A DNA stretch of 64,000 nucleotides from the NCBI GenBank assembly GCA_949282135.1, contig CASDOR010000001.1:2730-66729 (forward strand). Direction: 5' to 3'. This stretch comes from an uncultured Christensenella sp. (GTDB taxonomy: Bacteria; Bacillota; Clostridia; Christensenellales; UBA1242). A model generated the notes under the pieces. That model ran no database searches. It was not told the DNA's origin and saw only the letters and a program-made list of their open reading frames with translations. This document shows, in pieces, positions 60,994 to 64,000 of the stretch. How positions within the stretch are numbered: the first letter of the stretch is position 1; every line of letters begins with the position of its first letter. The position numbers and the translations under genes are program-made.

Positions 60994-61590
60994 TTAAAAT
61001 AAAAGCTGTGTAAAAGAACCTAAAAAGCAAGTTGAAAATACACCTATTGTACGCGTAATAAGATTTGTGTATAAAAAGAATTTAAAGTCCATATTTATAA
61101 CGCCTGCTAACATACATAAAATATCGTCAGGGAAAAAGGGAAACAGCATCATAAGAAAAAAAACATATTTGCCCTTTTTAAGTTTATTACTTAAACTTTC
61201 TGTTTTTTCTTTACCTATTGCCCAGTGCAAAACTTTAATTCCAAGACTTTTGCCAATAAAAAAAGCAGATATACTACCAAGTAATATTGCAAGTAAACTA
61301 AGAAAAAAGCTTATTATAGGTCCAAATAGAATGACTCCTACTATGGTTGTAACTATTCCTGGTATAGGCAAAATTGTTACTTGTAAAAATTGAATTAATA
61401 CAAAAATAGAGTAAGAGTAAAATCCTGCGCCTTGTATTATCTTTTTTAATTCCTCAACATTATTAAATTTTCCAAGCCAACCTGTAGACTTAAATAAATA
61501 GTAAAGACCAATAAAAAAAGCAACTGACAAAACAAACACACATGTAAGTTTTATTATAGGCATAAAATAAGCCTTAATGCGTTTAACCAT
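60994..61590 (-). CDS. VTT/DedA (TVP38/TMEM64, SNARE-associated) membrane protein
   Basis: LQVTILPIPG, GxLFG, LFPFFPDDILCMLAG motifs; highly hydrophobic. Confidence 0.9.
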   Translation of the reverse strand: MVKRIKAYFMPIIKLTCVFVLSVAFFIGLYYLFKSTGWLGKFNNVEELKKIIQGAGFYSYSIFVLIQFLQVTILPIPGIVTTIVGVILFGPIISFFLSLLAILLGSISAFFIGKSLGIKVLHWAIGKEKTESLSNKLKKGKYVFFLMMLFPFFPDDILCMLAGVINMDFKFFLYTNLITRTIGVFSTCFLGSFTQLLF

Positions 61591-61638
61591 AATAAATATT
61601 TATGACGCAAATAAGGCTATTAATGAGTTGGATTTATT

Positions 61639-63123
61639 TTAATCAAATAAACTAGTAATATTAAATCTATCTAAACAAGTTAGGTTAATATTAAGTTCTT
61701 TTAAAGCCTTTTCTTCATCCTCGCTTAAAATATGGGTAGAGTGTGCATTGCACCCCTTAAGCTTAGAAAGCGAATCATATGCTTTTTGAATTTCTATGTT
61801 TTCATTTTTTAGCGAACAAAGTAAAATTAAAATTTCTTTTAAATCTAAAATTTGATTATCTTCACAAAGTACATTTTTCTTTAAGTCTTGTACAGCTTGC
61901 AATTTAGGCTGTATAAGTTTTTCTACCCGTTCTTTTAAATGACCTAAGGATTTGACTGCTTCTAGTATGCAACTTGTAGTATAGGAAAGGAATTCTGTTT
62001 GATGACCTAAAATAATATTTTTATTATCAAGTTCTATAGCAAGCGTTGCTAGTTTTGTTTGTTTGAAGCTTTCTTCAGCTTTAGATACAGATGGTCTATC
62101 GTATATTGTGAGACCAAGAGAGTCCATGAGTAATTTGATTCTTTTCTGACATTCATAGTCTAAGTTATTTTTTTTGTGGTCAACTTTTGCTTTTAAATAT
62201 CTTCTAATGATTTCTTGCTTTGCACTCTCCTCAGCTAGATTCATATCTACTATGCAGTCTTTTATGGTGTTAATCCCCATATCGGTAGGGGATTTATAAA
62301 CTTCATATCCAGCAATTTTATTTAAAATCCTTCTAACTACTGGAAAAGCTGACATGTCTCTATTGTAACTTACACAAACCTTATTATATGCATCAAAATG
62401 ATAGTGGTCTATAACATTTTTGTCACCTAGATCCGCCGTTGCTGCCTCATAAGCTATATTTATTGGACTATTTAAAGGGAGGTTATATACAGGGAATTTT
62501 TCAAACTTTGCATAACCTGCTTTTTTTCCAAGTAGCGACTCATGGTAAAGCTGTGATAGACAAGTTGCAAGTTTCCCACTTCCAGGGCCAGGGGCTGTTA
62601 CTGCAACAAGTGGACGAGTGGTCTCTATATATGGATTTTTACCATATCCATGTTTACTTACGACCGTATCTATGTCTGTTGGGTAACCTTTTGTGAAATA
62701 ATGAATATAAACTTTTTCTCCTAGACTAGTTAATCTTTCTTTAAAATTCAGAGCTGACTCTTGCCCCTCAAAAAGTGTAATAACGACAGCACTTACGTAT
62801 AGGTTATTTTGTCTAAGCTTATTTATTAGTCTGAGTACTTCCATATCATAGGTCATGCCATTGTCTGCACGAATTTTACCGCTTTCAATATCACGTGCAC
62901 TAATTACAAAAATTACCTCACATTCATCTTTAAAACTCTCAAGCAGTTTTATTTGCACATTTTTGTCAAAGCCTGGAAGAACACGTGAAGCATGTAGGTC
63001 GTCAAACAGCTTTCCGCCGAATTCCATATAAAGCTTATTGTCAAACTGCTTTAGTCTTTTACGAATAAGGGCACTTTGAAGCTTTATATATTTGTTTGAA
63101 TCAAAACATATTTTACTACTCAT
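61639..63123 (-). CDS. DUF1846 family protein
   Basis: LYMEFGGKLFDDLHASRVLPGFD, APGPGSGKLATCLSQLY, PTDMGIN. Confidence 0.92.
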   Translation of the reverse strand: MSSKICFDSNKYIKLQSALIRKRLKQFDNKLYMEFGGKLFDDLHASRVLPGFDKNVQIKLLESFKDECEVIFVISARDIESGKIRADNGMTYDMEVLRLINKLRQNNLYVSAVVITLFEGQESALNFKERLTSLGEKVYIHYFTKGYPTDIDTVVSKHGYGKNPYIETTRPLVAVTAPGPGSGKLATCLSQLYHESLLGKKAGYAKFEKFPVYNLPLNSPINIAYEAATADLGDKNVIDHYHFDAYNKVCVSYNRDMSAFPVVRRILNKIAGYEVYKSPTDMGINTIKDCIVDMNLAEESAKQEIIRRYLKAKVDHKKNNLDYECQKRIKLLMDSLGLTIYDRPSVSKAEESFKQTKLATLAIELDNKNIILGHQTEFLSYTTSCILEAVKSLGHLKERVEKLIQPKLQAVQDLKKNVLCEDNQILDLKEILILLCSLKNENIEIQKAYDSLSKLKGCNAHSTHILSEDEEKALKELNINLTCLDRFNITSLFD

Positions 63124-63209
63124 AGTTTTTTTAATTTCCTTTTGATTAAGAGTTTTATTTTTTTGGTTTACGTTAATATTTTAATGAAACTCATAAGTTT
63201 ATTTTATTA

Positions 63210-63767
63210 CTATTTTGTAAGAGAATTTATATATTTTTGAACTTCATTCTTTAATTCGCCCAAGGAGTCGTTATTAATTATAAAATGGTCTGCAATGGCG
63301 ATAGGACCGCCTTTTTCTATGTTTTCTATTTCTGTATAATCCCTTGTGACCACTTGTTCGGCAGTTAAAGGCCTATGGGGACGAATGCTTAGTCTTTTAG
63401 TCCTTAAATCCTTATCAACAACTATTGCAAGAACCTTAAAGTTTTCGCCGTAAATTTCTTTTAAGTATTTATATTCGCTCCAAGAATACATGCTTTCTAC
63501 AACCACATTTTTACCTGAGTTGTACGCGTCACTAATCTTTTTTTCGCTTAGTTTCGCATAAATTGCCATGTCATTTTTTGCACGCAACTCCTCACGTACC
63601 TTTCTTTCGTTTTCAGGTGTAAGTGGAAGGTTTTGCCTTTTCATTTCCTCAAATGTCGCATCTCCAAAATAAACTCTTGCAAAATCATTATCTAAAAATA
63701 CTTGAGTGGCTTCGCTTTTCCCAGCTCCACAAAGCCCCACAACTGCTACAATTATATTTTTTTTCAT
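63210..63767 (-). CDS. P-loop nucleotide kinase-like protein (dephospho-CoA kinase/UPF0200-like)
   Basis: GLCGAGKS Walker A; NMP-kinase-like layout with lid-region Arg residues (RTKRLSIR...TRD). Confidence 0.8.
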   Translation of the reverse strand: MKKNIIVAVVGLCGAGKSEATQVFLDNDFARVYFGDATFEEMKRQNLPLTPENERKVREELRAKNDMAIYAKLSEKKISDAYNSGKNVVVESMYSWSEYKYLKEIYGENFKVLAIVVDKDLRTKRLSIRPHRPLTAEQVVTRDYTEIENIEKGGPIAIADHFIINNDSLGELKNEVQKYINSLTK

Positions 63768-64000
63768 TTTCCTCTCCTTTTTTAGTTAGTGTACCAGTTT
63801 TTTTATCTTTTTACAATTTATTTTAAAGGAAATTTATAGAAAAAGAAGAGACACTTGTGTTTTAGAATTTTCTAAAAATATAACATAATTTTAGATATTG
63901 TGTTTTAAATATTTTCAATGTAATAACTGTTAGTATTTAAGGTTATAGAAAGTTGCAATTAAAAACATCAAGGCACAAGTTTTTATGGTTTTATTTGTAT

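Noticed and set aside
60562-60994. SRP RNA, often near dnaX-recR in Bacillota
   Set aside because: The conserved helix-8 CAGG...GGAA...AGCAG motif is not present on either strand.

Overview
Low-GC (~30%) Bacillota chromosome window. The gene content suggests an uncultured gut Clostridia-type organism (inference). From left to right: (1) the end of an integrated element at a tRNA-Thr(GGT) locus, with integrase-arm-like repeats and one or two stranded tRNA 5' halves; (2) two membrane-anchored surface proteins, an SDR and a YbiT/YkpA-type ABC-F; (3) a 5.4-kb defence cassette (XRE HTH, Dam-family MTase, Mrr-like nuclease, PD-(D/E)XK nuclease, second amino-MTase, GmrSD-like DUF262/DUF1524) bracketed by a perfect 15-bp inverted repeat, with no mobility gene in the window; (4) housekeeping and accessory genes (YqeY, lipoprotein, nucleotidyltransferase, priming glycosyltransferase, MBL-GNAT fusion, typA, cytoplasmic LRR protein, IscU-like + GGGtGRT pair); (5) one uninterrupted 33.6-kb gene encoding an 11,188-aa type II membrane-anchored protein built from InlB-B repeats, seven PMP-like beta-helix modules, a BspA-like LRR block and a unique C-terminal tip; (6) recR, a highly structured intergenic region, a VTT/DedA gene, DUF1846 and a nucleotide-kinase-like gene. 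No CRISPR array, reverse transcriptase, integrase or transposase is visible. All family assignments are from motif recognition by eye, not database searches.
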